A DNA stretch of 36,821 nucleotides from a virus (lineage: Duplodnaviria; Heunggongvirae; Uroviricota; Caudoviricetes): IMG/VR virus record IMGVR_UViG_3300013426_000020; one strand, given 5' to 3'. Of the stretch, positions 36,491 through 36,821 are shown piece after piece (the first letter of the stretch is position 1; each line of letters opens with the position of its first letter). Under the pieces are notes generated by a model that was not told the origin of the DNA, did not search any database, and saw only the letters and a list, made by a program, of their open reading frames with translations. Made by a program: the position numbers and the translations under genes.

Positions 36491-36529
36491 ATCTCACACA
36501 AACAGAAATGATTGTGTGAGATTTTTTTA
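36491..36529 (+). terminator. Probable terminator
   Basis: atctcacaca/tgtgtgagat stem followed by a T run. Confidence 0.6.
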
Positions 36530-36530
36530 T

Positions 36531-36601
36531 CGGGATATAGTTTAACGGTAGAATGTGCGGTTAGGGACCGTATGATGATGTTTCGACTACATCTATCCCG
36601 A
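36531..36601 (+). tRNA. tRNA-Pro(AGG)
   Basis: C1:G72 and A73 Pro identity elements, tgcgg-TTAGGGA-ccgta. Confidence 0.8.
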
Positions 36602-36610
36602 CTTGAAAAT

Positions 36611-36685
36611 GGAACCCGCGGATGGCTGGTGCCTGTCCGCCGGACTGAAAATCCGGAGGTCGTTGTTCGATTCAACGGGGTTCCA
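36611..36685 (+). tRNA. tRNA-Phe(GAA)
   Basis: GGAACCC/GGGTTCC acceptor, ccgga-CTGAAAA-tccgg. Confidence 0.9.
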
Positions 36686-36693
36686 CAAATTAT

Positions 36694-36767
36694 GGTGAGA
36701 TTAGAACAACCGGTAGTTCATCAGATTGTGGTTCTGAATGTTGTGGGTTCAAATCCCACATCTCACC
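36694..36767 (+). tRNA. tRNA-His(GTG)
   Basis: G-1:C73 extra pair, tcaga-TTGTGGT-tctga. Confidence 0.92.
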
Positions 36768-36821
36768 CAAAAAGTTCTTTGAAATAATCATAAATAAGTT
36801 TCAGATTTCTCAAATCTTTGT

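Noticed and set aside
30260-36770. tRNA-associated HDV-like (theta) ribozymes at tRNA 3' ends
   Set aside because: Sequences after the tRNAs are short AT-rich spacers with no nested double pseudoknot visible
35314-36787. ORFs 35314-35517, 35457-35684, 35931-36116, 36225-36440, 36478-36675, 36512-36787 (also 30157-30450 and 30630-30872)
   Set aside because: They overlap tRNA, tmRNA or structured RNA and show no protein-like features
1-36821. TAG-to-Gln recoding as in Lak-type megaphages
   Set aside because: Conserved genes (ligA, cca, clpP, RNA ligase) are full length without in-frame TAG, several genes end at TAG, and no CTA-anticodon tRNA is present here
35200-36821. CRISPR array from the repeated segments
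   Set aside because: Only two or three long, irregularly spaced copies separated by tRNA/tmRNA genes; no repeat-spacer periodicity or cas genes

Overview
A 36.8-kb, very AT-rich segment of a large lytic, T4-like/jumbo tailed-phage genome read in the standard code (no in-frame TAG breaks in conserved genes). A Bacteroidota host is inferred from TAnnTTTG/-33 TTTG promoters, a Bacteroidota-type ClpP N-terminus and LuxS, and a Bacteroidota-phage-style membrane protein. The left ~7 kb has late-promoter-driven genes: a gp13-like neck protein, a 2H phosphoesterase, a papain-like peptidase, DnaJ and several proteins with T4 capsid-targeting-like N-termini. The middle is a long + strand early/middle block: GNAT, metallophosphoesterases, ClpP, NDT-like protein, F420-ligase-like protein, kinase, two PRTase paralogs, RNA ligase, solo TnpB, CCA-adding enzyme, NAD-dependent DNA ligase and LuxS. 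The right end holds two stable-RNA clusters, YqeY, an mgsA stub cut by a homing-type endonuclease, and Dam. The most unusual signals are a circularly permuted two-piece tmRNA, RNase-P-like structured RNA pieces interleaved with tRNAs, a thrice-repeated covarying ACCGCAA stem element, several non-canonical tRNA-like genes, a phosphoesterase gene with a possible 5-nt ribosomal stop-hop, and virion-targeting-like leaders on PRTase and variable cargo proteins. All calls come from reading the sequence; no database searches were run.
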